A DNA stretch of 64,000 nt from Octopus sinensis (taxonomy: Eukaryota): assembly GCF_006345805.1 (NCBI RefSeq), contig NC_042998.1, positions 143,468,001 through 143,532,000 of the forward strand, given 5' to 3'. Made by a program: the position numbers and the translations under genes. The notes under the pieces were generated by a model. The model had not been told where the DNA came from, searched no databases, and saw only the letters and a program-made list of their open reading frames with translations. Positions 12,020 to 25,470 of the stretch are shown here, in pieces (position 1 is the first letter of the stretch; each line of letters begins with the position of its first letter).

Positions 12020-12620
12020 TCATAAAATTTGCCATAAAGGCATTACAAAGATAGGTGCAAGTAGCAAGTGCGGGCTGGACAAAAACACAAATGAAATAAA
12101 TGATGAGCAAAATTATGATATTGATGAGAGAAGCAATCGACGCCCGCCGATCGATGCTTTTCAAGAACATTGTTCTTTTTACCTCTTTTATAAAACCAAT
12201 TGAGGCTATAAACCTCTTACTATAGTTCATCGGGACACAAAGTCTTCTAAGGGCTGACTTGCAAAATTGCGAGCCTCTTCAAGAGTGTCAAATAGCAACC
12301 ACACCGTCGCGTATTTGACACCCCTGGAAATAAATTTTATAGTTGGCATGTATTTCGCCAACTCTCTCAATATCGATCTTTTTAAAGAAGGCGACGATGT
12401 CGAGCGACTTGGAATACGTTCCCAACACCACCGTCCTCTCCTCAAGACTTTTTATCCACTGTTTACGTGGGACAATTTCCCACTCCAACACAGTGTCTTG
12501 TTTCTTCGCCATGTTCTTGGAAGAAAAAATTTCAATGAAAGTCATAAAAAAAAGATATAAGGAAAGAAAACAGTTCAAGAACACTGCAGACACAAATTTT
12601 TCGGCCACTAGGTACTCCAG
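12020..12620 (-). pseudogene. Frameshifted coding-like segment, possibly ORF1 of a non-LTR retrotransposon
   Basis: Overlapping minus-strand ORFs (KSLEERTVVLGTYSK; LAKYMPTIKFISRGVKYATVWLLFDTLEEARNF) with non-repetitive, RRM-like composition. Assignment is inference. Confidence 0.3.
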
Positions 12621-12930
12621 GCCAACTGGTACATCCAATAGTAACAGCAACACAGCAACTAGAACACAGCTTCCACAAATTTCACCAAAAGTTGGTGACA
12701 AAAATGTCTAGAATCCAGTAAGCATCTCTTGCCTGGAAAAAATATTACACACCAACAACAAACCCCCATTGGGCCCAAAATCAAAAGCCTTACCTTACAG
12801 TTGAGCTCTTTTTGGCAATAATTCACAGCTACAAAATAGTGTGCGACTTGCTTAGTGCAAAGAATAACATTAACAACCACTCCTTCGCCTATATATGATA
12901 TTATACATACATATATATAAATAAATATAT

Positions 12931-13003
<73 letters not shown>

Positions 13004-13350
13004 TGTATAAATTTAACAATAAGGATAACTTCTTAATAAGGAATCTTAACAAGAAATTATCAGGTAGTTAGCGTGAAAAACCTCATAAGAGAAAAGAATT
13101 CGAAAATAATTTTTTTCCTTTTGAACATATTAATTATATTTATATTGTATAGAGGGCATTATTATACATAAATGCCTCACACTAAGAGGGACATAAGTCA
13201 TTACTACCAAAATTACACTAATCATACCTAATGCAGTTCTTATATATATATATAAGGGTGGCTTATTAGTAATTAGAACCTAAAGGCAAAGTTAATAGAT
13301 GTCACTAAAGCGCTATACGTAATGAATGACAAAGCTAGGTAAGTTCCTAG

Positions 13351-13403
13351 CGTATCGCGATTTCGAATTTTGGTGTAGACCACCTTAATTCTCATCCGCG
13401 GCT
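13351..13403 (-). ncRNA. Hammerhead motif with U4G change (family C, copy D)
   Basis: AGCCG-CGGATGA-GAATT-aa-GGTG-gtcta-CACC-aa-AATTC-GAAA-TCGCGA-TA-CG. Stem II shows compensatory changes relative to copy B; the 3' side of stem I is shortened by a deletion. Confidence 0.75.
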
Positions 13404-13861
13404 CTTATTGTCTAGGATTAAGCTCAACTTCTTTCGTCAATCTTATAAGAATAACCGTTGAAAACGTGCTGATTTTTAAAGCTGTAAATGTGTAACCAAC
13501 AAATTAAAAGGGTCGCTAATGAGCAATTATAACGTAAAGGAAAAATTAATAGAGGTTACAAAAGTGACAGCGGGTACTGACTAGCACCTCTTATGCTAAA
13601 ATAAAAGTTAGATTAACTCCAAAACTACTAAAGCACTATACTTAATGACTGACAGAGGGAGGTGTACAGCCGTGTGCTAGTCACTACCCTTCGTTACTTT
13701 TGTGACCTCTATAAATTTTGCCTTTAGGTTTTAATTGCCAATAAGCTACACTTTTAATTTGTTGGTTACACTTTTACTGTTTTGAAAATCAGCACATGTT
13801 TTCAACGGTTTTTCTTATAAGATTGACTACGGAAGTTGAGTTTAACCCTAACGTTAAGAGA

Positions 13862-13917
13862 ATTAATGATGAGAATTAAGGTGGTCTACACCCTAATTTA
13901 AAATCGTGACACGGCTA
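13862..13917 (+). ncRNA. Degenerate hammerhead motif (family C, copy E)
   Basis: ATGATGA-GAATT-aa-GGTG-gtcta-CACC-ct-AATTT-AAAA-TCGTGA-CA-CGGCTA. Confidence 0.6.
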
Positions 13918-14002
13918 TATACGCTAGAGACTTACCTCCCTTTCTCAGTCATTAAGTATAGTGCTTTAGTAGCTTTGGAGTTAATTTAACTCTTATATTA
14001 GC

Positions 14003-14294
14003 GTTTGAGTGGAGGCGCAATGGCCCAGTGGTTAGGGCAGCGGACTCGCGGTCGGAGGATCGCGGTTTCGATTCCCAGACTGGGCGTTGTGTGTGTTTAT
14101 TGAGCGAAAACACCTAAAGCTCCACGAGGCTGCGGCAGGGGGTGGTGGTGACCCCTGTTGTACTCTTTCGCCCCAACTTTCTCTCTTTCTTCCTGTTTCT
14201 TGGGTAACGCTGGGGAGAATACATACGCCACAGAAACCGGGAAACCGGGCCCATGAGTCTGGCTAGACTTGAAAAGGGCGCATAAATAAATAAA
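14003..14294 (+). mobile_element. tRNA-derived SINE (family 3 head) with target-site duplication
   Basis: Head GGAGGCGCAATGGCCCAGTGG at 14011, A-rich (TAAA)n tail, TSD ATTAGC at 13997-14002 and 14295-14300. Confidence 0.85.
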
Positions 14295-15057
14295 ATTAGC
14301 ATAAGAGGTGCTAGTCAGTACCTTTCGTCACTTTTGTGATCGGTATTAATTTTACACACACACACACATATCTAGAGAGAGAGAGAGATAAACAGATAGA
14401 GTGCTTGAGAGAGGGAGACAAAGAGCGAAATAAACAAATAGAGTGAATGAGAGAGAGAGAATTAAATACTGAATTCTTTTGCTCCTACTCGTTTCTCTGT
14501 TTTTCCATCTCTACCCATCGCCATTTCTTCCCTGTTCTTCCTCCATGAACACCAGTTGCTTTATTGTATCTCGTTATTAGTGGCTTCCGTTGTCATTGGC
14601 AACAGTGACGCCGTAGCAATAGTGCCCATGAAATTTGGTAGCAACGCACAGAACCATCAGATTGTTAGAAAACAAAAATATCTTGCGGTATTTTTTTTCG
14701 GTTCGCTATGTACTGAAATTAACTTTGCCTTTCTGGGGGGGGGGGTTATAAAATAAAGTACCAGTCAGTGAATTTAATAATTGATTAGTTCCTTCCTTAT
14801 CGTACTCGTAAAATTTCTGGTTTGAAACTGAGATTAAAATCAGTTTTAAAACCGCCCGGAACTACATTCTACACTACTATTACTAGTAGTAGTACTACTA
14901 CATACCTGACTGTTGAAACAATGAAGGACACTCTAAGTTGTGTAGCACTCTTAGACATGTCTTACGATATGTTATGTTATCCTATCAAAATAATTATGGC
15001 CTATATCAACGAAAGTGAATAGGAGAGTTTGATAAGTTCAGTTGCCGTGATGAGTGA

Positions 15058-15096
15058 ACAGTTTGACGTCTCGGATCTTAGTCCTTCGTCAAGGAG
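15058..15096 (-). ncRNA. Degenerate minimal hammerhead motif
   Basis: TTGACGA-A-GGA-ctaaga-TCC-GAGA-CGT-C. Two core substitutions and a weak stem I. Confidence 0.4.
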
Positions 15097-15164
15097 TGAA
15101 TGAAAGCGAAAGAGAGAGAGAAGGGAGCGAGAGAAAGAGGGAGGGGAGAGAGAGAGAAAAGAGG

Positions 15165-15264
15165 NNNNNNNNNNNNNNNNNNNNNNNNNNNNNNNNNNNN
15201 NNNNNNNNNNNNNNNNNNNNNNNNNNNNNNNNNNNNNNNNNNNNNNNNNNNNNNNNNNNNNNNN
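15165..15264. other. Assembly gap (100 N)
   Basis: Run of N. Confidence 1.
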
Positions 15265-16763
15265 TTTGTTATACAATGTTATAATGTTGAAATATATTGC
15301 TTTTACTTTTACTGCGAGTAATCATTTTCAAGTAAAAAGAATATTCGATTTCATCAAGAAAACCTTGTGTGTGCACATATTTTTTCCTTTGTATGTTAGT
15401 TGTAAAGCAAGTGTGCATGCGTGCTGGCGCGCTGATTAGAGAAAACGTTTGTAGGAACCAGAATAAACATCTCAAGATGTTTTTATCTCGATGTTCTAAT
15501 GAATCTGCTAATCCGCTAACCCATCTAAATTTAATAAAAGTATAATTTCAGCAAAAATGAGCCAAGAGGAATAACTCAGAGTGACCAGCGGCATGTGTAT
15601 GAACAGCATAGACAAATACTGGTAAGTTAAATACCATACAACATAAATTCTTGATTTATTAAAATTATCCCCGCCTTAAAGGAAGTATCATGATTACCAA
15701 ATAGTAATTGAGAACAGTTCCACATGAGAAGAGAGACAGTCTCAGCAATCAACAATTCACCAAAGCTGATATGCCATTAAGGACGGTTATGGACACATGT
15801 TTCTAGCTCAATAATCGTCATCAGTGGTCAGAGGGCATAGACATATGCAAAAAGAGTAGAACACATTTATGGCCTAGGTAATTTGCATAATTAAAAAAAA
15901 ATCGGGTCTAAGAAATATATCTGAGTAGCCTTTGAAGAACATTGAAAAATACAGGTATATCAAACACTATACAACATAAATTCTTGATTTATTAAAACTA
16001 TCTTCGTCTCTAGAGGATGTCAGAATTACCAAAAGGCAAGCTCCACTTGAGAAGAGGAGAAAATACCAAGAATCAAGGTTTCTCTAAAAGCTGACATACA
16101 ATTAAGGAAAAAAGGACAGACCTGTTTTTTGGAAATCATCAAGTTATAGATGATGGCAGACAATTTCCAACAAGGTTTGAAATTGGAATATTTAATACCG
16201 AAATTAAACTTTGCAAAAGATTTTAAGCCAGCCTTATATCATCTTTACCAAATCTCTAACCTTGTTTTAAATAATGTCTATAATGTTTTTTCCTCGAATA
16301 ACATCATCTGTCGGGAACTCATTATTTAGCGATATGTTATTTATCATTGGAACATGTAGGGTACAGATCGGTTAGCTAAGACTGATCCCTGATTCATATT
16401 CAATGTTGTGTATCGTGTATGAAAATGGTTCTTCTCCTTAACACAGACCACTACTTGCTGTTATCTTATCCTTGACATCGTATTTTCAGGACTCGCATTT
16501 AATGAAAATAATGTAGGTCAACCTAACTTGAAAAAAAATGCAAAAATTATATTGGAAAAGACAGAAAGAAGTAAATGAAGAAAAGTAGGAAAGGGAAACT
16601 GACAGTGAGAAAGAGATAGTAAAAGAGAGTGAGAGAGTGAAACAGACAGAGATGAAGAGATAGTGATGATGTTAATGAGATAGAAAGCTATATAGATAGA
16701 CATACAGGTTGGTAGGAAGATGGATAGACAGACAGACATACATACAGACAGATAGATAGACAA

Positions 16764-16852
<89 letters not shown>

Positions 16853-17700
16853 CAGAGTAATGGAGATGAAATGGTGGGGTGAATCTGGTATGGAAGGAAG
16901 AATGATACAAACAATGAAAGGAAGAATATAAATGAAGGAACGAAACCAACAAAAGAATTCGAGAACTAAAAGGCGCTATATTGTAAAACAATGCTTAGAA
17001 TTCCTCGATATAAAAGAAGTCCATACTTTTATTCAAGAATTAGTTTTCGGTTTAAGCCATAAAAACAGATTAAAACGTTAATGTACGCCATTACGAATAT
17101 TTCCGTCACTGGAATTAGTTCAAATGTGAAGACAAAGACACAAAATACTTTATCTTACTGTAGCAGAGGTTGGCTTTTCATTCTGCTTTGATGGTCGAGT
17201 ATAGATATTTCCTTTCTGGAAGGTTTGTTGTTCTACGTGTAACATTTAGGTGTCAGATGTTGAACAGAAGTTGCTTGCCTCAGCCTTTTAATATTCTCTT
17301 CGTTGTAAACTTTACTGAACGTCTGTCGTTTCATACCAGCTTGTTAATATGAAAGAACAAAAGAAAACGAAAAAACAAAACAAAAGATGATAAAAGCTAA
17401 ACAAGAATAAGGTAAAATATATACAAGATGCAATTTTAACCGTGTCGGTAAAGAAGTTCGCTTCGTAACCGTTTCGTCTTAGGTTCAATCTGACTACATG
17501 CTTTCAATGTCCGTCGTATGTATGTATGTATGTATATAAATAAAATACACACACATACACACACGTAGAAATGTTTTTCTACATGTGTAGAAGTTTAAAG
17601 AAAAAGAAGTTGAGATTGCTATTTAAGAAAATTATATGAAAATTTATAAACGATTAAGTGATACATTTCGACCTTCTTCTTCTTCTTCTTCTTCTTCTTC

Positions 17701-17765
<65 letters not shown>

Positions 17766-17814
17766 ATATATATATATAATATATATATATATATATGTAT
17801 ACACTACATATATG

Positions 17815-17873
<59 letters not shown>

Positions 17874-17905
17874 CATATGTATATATGCATATATATATGT
17901 ATACA

Positions 17906-18058
<153 letters not shown>

Positions 18059-19094
18059 CATTGCAATATGTATAAGTGATAAATGAGATAAATGTTTGCA
18101 AAAACCTTTGAGCAAAGCAGGTGGAAATTTAAGTAAAATATGTAAAGTGATGGCAATAAATGAAGACAAAGAGAAAGATATTGTATACATCTTCAGCATA
18201 CTAGAATGGCCTACCGATAACGACGTATTTTTCCAAACTCTTTGATCATTTTCTTTTTTCTATTTGAAAGAGGGAATCTTTTTCCGAATTATTAAAAGAT
18301 CATTGGACAATCAATGTAAGGTAATGCAATATCTTTTCGCTTTATATTCATTTATTTATATGACATTGCATATTTTAATTAACTTCTCACCTGCCTTGCT
18401 CAAAGGGTTTTTGCAAACACTGATATAATTTACATAGAATGCAATGCCTCAAGCAAATTACAATACACACGCGCATATATATATATATATGTACGTATGT
18501 ATGTATGTAGGTATGCATGTATGCATGCATGCATGTATGTATGCATGTATGTATGTATGTATGTTGTATGTATGTATGTATGTATGTATGTATGTATGTA
18601 TGTTTGTATGTATGTATGTATGTATAACTGTGTGTGTGTATTATTAGCAAAATAAGCATAGATTCTACTATTGATAGGATAAAATTTTGGCAAAAATATT
18701 TGTAATATTTTGTTTAGACAAAGATATCAATGTAAGGAAAGGTAAGGTAGTGAATTGGCAGGATCGATAGGGCATCGGACAAAATGCTTTCAGGTATTTC
18801 TTCCGATTCTTTTCATAGCAATTCTATCTTGGTCAACTTTTCCTTTCACCTCTCCGTAGTCGATAACATACAGTACAAATCACGTACTGGGATCGATTTC
18901 ATCGACTAACACTCATCCCTTCCAGTTTCTGGTCTTGTACCAATCTTTGAAAAATTTTAGGGCGAAAACAGGAAATTGTACTAAAGTTATTTGGTTTTTG
19001 TATTTTGGCTTACAAGATTCTTGATGTGAACTCGTGTATCTCGGGATTTTTATCATGCCCATAATAAACACACGCACTGGTTCTAGTTCACTTC

Positions 19095-19108
19095 TATTAT
19101 TATTATTA

Positions 19109-19207
<99 letters not shown>

Positions 19208-19208
19208 A

Positions 19209-19245
<37 letters not shown>

Positions 19246-20200
19246 ATTATTATTACTACTACTACTATAGACGTCGCAGAGTATACAATATCGTGAGGTT
19301 GTTGATTGAAGATATTGTATCTTCCGGGGGTTTGTACTGTTTGTCAAGTCACAACAAGGATCTCAATCAGACAGTACTTTACTTCCGTAGTTCTAAGTAG
19401 TGCCGACTTTTATAATACATCTAGTTTGTAGGATATTTCTAAGGTTTTCAGATGTCTTTTTTTTTTCAGATTGGGTGGTATTGAACCCAATGCTCCGATG
19501 ACAATAGGGATAACCTTTATGTTCGACTTTCGTAGCTGCCACATCTTAGCGATCTCAATTATCAGGTCTCCATATTTATCAACTTTTTCTCTTTCTTTCA
19601 TGATGATGTGTTGATCTCCTGGCGCTGCTACGTCGATTATTAAGCACTCTTGTTTGTCCCTCCTAAAAGTTACTATATCCAGCCTTCGGTGCTCTAACAC
19701 TTTGTCTGTCTGGAAATCAAAGTCCCAGAGAATTTTTGCTTTCCCCTTTTCGTCCGTTACATTTTCCGATGTATGTTGATAGTAAGCACCTGTAACCGTA
19801 TATCCATACTTCCGACATAGTAGCCAATGGAGATTTTGGGCTACTTTGTCGTGTCTACGCTTGTACTCTTTATGTGCAAGACTGTCACAAGCAATAATAA
19901 TGTGAGTTACACTTTCGACCCTCTAGCCACCCATTCTACAGAGGTCCGATGTACTTGTGTGGTATATATTCTTTTTCACTGAGTTGGTATTCAATGCCTG
20001 ATCCTGGGCCGTGATGATTAGGCTTTCAGTATTCTTTTTTAGGTTACCCTTCTGGAGCCACCTCCTGCTTTCGGTCCCAAAACGGTTCATTCGTGAGATG
20101 TGACAGCAAAGAAGAATACACATGCAATCTGCGCGCGATTTGACTCGGAAAGGAACCCATTGACCCAATTTGCTGACCTTTCCGATGGAACGCAGGTGTC
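19095..20200 (-). mobile_element. R4/Dong-like LINE 3' portion: CCHC knuckle, restriction-like endonuclease and (AAT)n tail; disrupted
   Basis: WLQKGNLKKNTESLIITAQDQALNT; CRM..ESVTHI..C; RHDKVA..LHW; HRRLDIVTF..CLIIDVAAPGD..EKVDKYGDL..VIPIVIGALG (REL PD-D-K type); tail at 19095-19268. Confidence 0.85.
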
Positions 20201-20204
20201 GATG

Positions 20205-20634
20205 AACGGTTTGGGATTTTGTTCCACCAGGGTTTGCAGGACGTCCTCATCGAGCTCTACAGATCTTCCAGAACGAGGCTCGTCTTCTAGGCTTTAGTTT
20301 CCGACCCGGAGTTTCTGAAATCACGGTTGACACTGGCTTATGTTTATTGTCCGATCCCCATATATTAATATTCCTTACACTTTCCGTTGCGTTATTGCCT
20401 TTATTGAACTCATAAAGCAAAATACACCGAATATGCTCCTTTGTCACTTCCATTATAACTGAAAAAATAATTGTTAAAATTGAGCTGCTCTCTTCAAAAC
20501 TTGCACCAAGAATAAGTACAAGGAAAAATTACTACCTGCTTTTATAGCAAGTTGATGCAGATAGTTTATCCCGTCCACCTCCGACTTTTAGTTCATGCAA
20601 CTGAAAACCGCATTATTTATGGGATGGCCCAATA
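20205..20634 (-). mobile_element. Mariner 5' fragment (TIR plus transposase N-terminus)
   Basis: MEVTKEHIRCILLYEFNKGNNATESVRNI, then ELDEDVLQTLVEQNP after a frameshift; minus strand begins TA-TTGGGCCATCCCATAAATAATGCGG. Confidence 0.8.
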
Positions 20635-20643
20635 TGTATGTAT

Positions 20644-20749
<106 letters not shown>

Positions 20750-21805
20750 CGACAGGCTTCCACAGTTTCATAAAGATATACACGCATAAATATATGCACA
20801 CTTACATTCAGATAAATATATATACACAACATGCCTCCACACAATTTCCATCTACTTTATTCATTCACAAGGCACTACTCGACCAGAAGCTATACGAGAA
20901 TACATATACTCAGGGTGCCGTGTTGTGAAAATCCAAAAGTCGAAATCCAAAACTACGCGGTTGCAAAGCGATCATTTTAACCACACAGCCATGTCTACGC
21001 CTATTGTATCTTTGAAAATGATTCTGTTTGATTTAGGCTGATCTAGCACTAAACAACAACAACAAAACAAAAACACTGCTCATACACTTTACTGCACTAG
21101 CATGCATACTATACAGATGTGGATTATTGTTTGTTTTTACATTAATACAAGCCACAAATTTATACGTCAGGGAAGAGAGTAATCAATTAAATCGATATTA
21201 CTAGCCTTTAGTTTATAGGCCACAACAGGGGAAAAGGCAAGTTTGCTCCAAAAGACTTTCAAATAAAAATGTTCAAGAACAGCATTAAATACTTCTGATG
21301 CCCCACTACCTATGTCTTTCTTGCTTTTTATTTCCTTAAGCCTTAGGACTGCCGGTTTCCATGACGTATATAAATGGCCGAGATCCCAAAATTACCTCTG
21401 AATGGGATACCGGTCTGTTACAGGGTTCGAGGTCAGCAATTTTGAAAGTAAGGGTAAGTCGGATACATCGATCCTAGGGATTGAACATGGAATGTAAAGA
21501 CCCGGAAGAAATACCACTAAGCACTTTTGACCGACCTGCTAACGATTCTGCCAGCACGCCGCCTTGCTGCCAATGTAGGAAACTATAAAATAATACATAT
21601 GCTGCAAACCTGAAATTCTGTAGGGGAGACGGGTATTTGTGATATTGAGTTCCCTACAAACGTCTAGAAGTTCGTTTCGCTAAAAACGTCGAGAAGTTCT
21701 GAGTTCGATCTTACTAGGTGATATCTTGGGTAAATGTGATTTTTTTATAACCTCCAATCGCTCGAAGTAAATACCATAGAATACAATAGAAATATAGAGG
21801 TAAAC

Positions 21806-21998
21806 GGAAATTAGGTAAACGGAAACTGCACAGAAGCCTATGGGATGGATTTTACTAGTAATGCAAAAGGTACAGCCTTGTCACAACGATTCTGGCTGGA
21901 AATTAGGTAAAACGGAAACTGCACAGAAGCCTGTGGGGTGGATTTTACTAGTAATGCAAAAGGTACAGCCTTGTCACAACGATTCTGGCTGGAAATTA
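21806..21998 (+). repeat. Tandem duplication of about 92 bp inside a SINE-derived segment
   Basis: Two near-identical units starting at 21806 and 21898. Confidence 0.9.
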
Positions 21999-22229
21999 CG
22001 TTAAGGGTGCACATGTTTGTGGAATACTCAGCCACTTACACGTCAGTTCGATGAGCAGGTAATTCAGTTGATCGAACAATTGAATACTCGTCGTTGAAAG
22101 TGACGGAGAACCAACTAGCCAGTAGTATATATAAAAAAGGCATCAAGCGAAAATTGACACCAATTCATAATCTCGTCTCTGCTGAGAGTATTTTCGCTCT
22201 TGTTAACCCAAATACAATACACTACAAAT

Positions 22230-22315
<86 letters not shown>

Positions 22316-22419
22316 CATACATGCATGCATACATACATACATACATACATACATACACACATACATACATACATACAGACATACATGCCATCTTGATGCA
22401 GGATCTTTCGCTATAAGGT

Positions 22420-23375
22420 GGGAAGGCACAGGGACCTAGTGGACTGATATTGGTACAAGAAGCTGACATTTTATAGAAACCAATTGATGTATATGTTCAA
22501 AAGGACTATGGAAGATCAGACTGATATACCACATTGGCTTGTTACAGCAAGGACAAATCTTGTTGCCAAAAACGAAATCACCGAGATGGCAGGAAACTAC
22601 AAGCACATTGCTTGCCTGAGCATTATATACAAACTGTACACAAGTTGCCTCAACCAATTCCTCCAGGACCATTGTGAGTCGAACAACATTGTGACTGATG
22701 AACAGGCTGGTAGAAAGAAGGGAGTGTGGGTATGTGTCGATCAACTTTTAATAAACAAAGCTGTACTGTCTGAAGTAAGAAAACAACGCAGAAACCTTGT
22801 GACAGTATGGCTTGACAATAAGAAGGCATTCGACTTTGTCCCTCATTCATGGCTGTTGAAGTGCTTACATCTGGCAAAGGTACCTACTACTTTAATTGTT
22901 GCTATATAGGGACTCACAAAGACATGGACAACTATTCTCACCCTTCCAACTGAGAACATAATAATTGTTTCTAATAGTACAGGCATCACAAAGGGAATAT
23001 TCCATGGAGATAGCATTTCTGTACTTCTTTTCATTTTGGCATTGAATCCATTGTCGTTCCTACTACAGAAAACAAATGGTTACATGCTAGGATCTTCAAC
23101 TGCCAGAAATATCAATGTAACTCATAATTTCTTTGTAGACGACCTGAAGATTTATGCTAAAAGTGTTAACAATGCCAAAATACAACTGGAATTAATAGCA
23201 ATATTTTCAGCTGATATAGGCATGGAATTTGGCCAAAAGGAATGTTCATATTTGGTTATAGAACGAGGTAAGTCAGTCCCCCAGACCCAAAACCTGTGCA
23301 GCAATGATATCTTTATCTCACCCATTCCACACAAAGAATATTGTTTCACCAAGGTTTGCAGGACATGTATGTATG

Positions 23376-23409
<34 letters not shown>

Positions 23410-23990
23410 TGTATGTATGTATGAATGTATGTATGTATGTATGTATGTACGTATGTATGTATGTATGTATGTATGTATGTATGTACGTATGTATGTATGT
23501 ATGTATGTATGTATGTATGTATGTATGTATGTATGTATGTATGTATGCATAGACGAAAATGTATCATATGAAGGCAGTGTGAATAAAGATACAGTGACCC
23601 GATAATATTACACCAGACTTAGGAAAATATGGCAGTCGGAACTCTCCTCTTACAACAAAGCAAAACATATATCCCACAATGCATTTGCAGTACCAGTGCT
23701 GATCCCAACATTTGGGATACTTGATTGGTCTGCAGAGGAAATCCACTCCATAGATATCAAAACCCGCAAAATCCTGACAACAACTGGCAACTTCCACAGA
23801 AATAGTGATGTTGACAGGTTCTACCTAAGAAGAAATGAAGGTGGTAGAGGCCTGAGATCAGTGCAGACGGCCTTCGAATGCCGTATGGTATCACTCAGGC
23901 AGCACCTGCTGAACAATAGCAGCAGAAATAAATATATTAATTCAGTCCTGAAAAGTGAAGTGAGTAACATAGTACGAGTTGGCACCTTTA
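22420..23990 (+). mobile_element. R4/Dong-like LINE reverse transcriptase fragment, disrupted
   Basis: NYKHIACLSIIYKL, EQAGRKKG..DQLLIN, WLDNKKAFDFVPHSW, GIFHGDSISVLLF, HNFFVDDLK, DVDRFYLRRNEGGRGL; contains stops, frameshifts and a (TATG)n insertion at about 23365-23548. Confidence 0.9.
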
Positions 23991-24006
23991 ATGTTTTTGG
24001 TCTTTA

Positions 24007-24064
<58 letters not shown>

Positions 24065-24263
24065 TATGTTTGACTTTTGCTTTATGTCTGTACAAGTTGG
24101 CTCCAAGTCTTACCCAGAGACCTCAAGAGACAACAGGTTGGAAGTTCTGTGCCATATATTTGGTTTTTTTTTTTTTTTGTGTTGTACTAGTGAATGTCTA
24201 ATACATAAAAATAAAAAAATAAATACATAAATTTAAAAAAACAAATAAAACAAATAAAAAGTC

Positions 24264-24352
<89 letters not shown>

Positions 24353-24787
24353 GAGTGAGAGAGCAATGCATGCCATCAAAGTGACACTGGGGTAAAATAT
24401 AAGAAGCCCAATATACCCATCATGATTACCTGTCTGATAAGGGTGCACCAAGCACATGCATCACAACTATGGTGATCTCATATCAAAATTAACAGAACAT
24501 GACCTTGCATGTAGGGCCCAGTTAGAATTTTCTTCGGGTCAATTAGACCATCCCTCTCAAAAGGTCCCTGAATAAGGGTTGATTAAGGACGTTGAACGAA
24601 ACGCCCATGTTTCCAGAGGTGAATTATCCAAACCCCAAAGAATTCCTCTCAACACTTATTATGCTTCCCCACTACTTCTACTGGTGATCAGAAATGCACA
24701 TATCATTAGCCACTAAGGAACATGCTCAACGAGTTAAGCCCAAACAACTGACAAGCAAATTTGTGGTATTGAGCAGAATATTTGCTG
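24353..24787 (-). mobile_element. (AAT)n-tailed short interspersed element, 5' truncated
   Basis: Reverse complement of 63285-63727; abuts an (ATT)n/(ATC)n tract. Confidence 0.75.
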
Positions 24788-24990
24788 AAACTTGCAGATT
24801 CGTTAGCACACCTGGCAAAATGCTTAGGGCCATTTCGTCCGTCTTTACATTCTGAGTTCAAATTCCACCGAGGTCGACTTTGCCTTTCATCCTTTTGGGG
24901 TCGAGAAGTTTAGTACGAGTGGAACACTGGGGTCGATGTAATCAACTGCTCCCCTACTCCCAAATTTTAGGCCTTGTGTATTTTCTCATC

Positions 24991-25027
<37 letters not shown>

Positions 25028-25304
25028 GTTTATTTGTCAGAGTTCTTTCATCACACATTCTTTGACCTCTTCAACGACTTTCTGTTCCACGTGTATCCCT
25101 ATCTGTGCATGCATTTACGTCTGTATCTTTGTGTGTGTGTGTGTGTGTTTAGTATGTGTCTATGTGTTTAATATGTGTATCTTGTGTACGTGTATATGGG
25201 TTTGTACATTACACAGTGTATATAAGCTTTCGTAATTGGCCGGCAAAGTTCTTGCGACTCTTGATGTAAATTCGTGTCTTAAAACGTATTTTGTTGTATC
25301 TCAA

Positions 25305-25439
25305 GAGGGTCATTGTGCCAATAATAAACACACGCACTGGTTGTATTTCATTCCTTTATTATCTATCAATTTGTTAACTACTCAACCAATTAACTACTAA
25401 ATAGTTTCACTAATCGTTCGATTAATGAATGAATGAATG

Positions 25440-25470
<31 letters not shown>

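Larger units (their letters stand above)
13254..14352. mobile_element. Retrozyme/pseudo-LTR-like HHR repeat array, locus 2 (family C)
   Basis: Minus-strand copy 13254-13662 diverges from plus-strand copy 13672-14352. TGCTAGTCA recurs at 13675 and 14309, giving a monomer of about 336 bp once the SINE insertion is removed. Confidence 0.8.

Noticed and set aside
13150-13192. GGCATT/AATGCC hairpin just before HHR locus 2
   Set aside because: Flanks do not match the hammerhead core on either strand.
14011-14090. tRNA-like sequence
   Set aside because: It is the head of a SINE with body, tail and TSD; no complete cloverleaf or acceptor stem.
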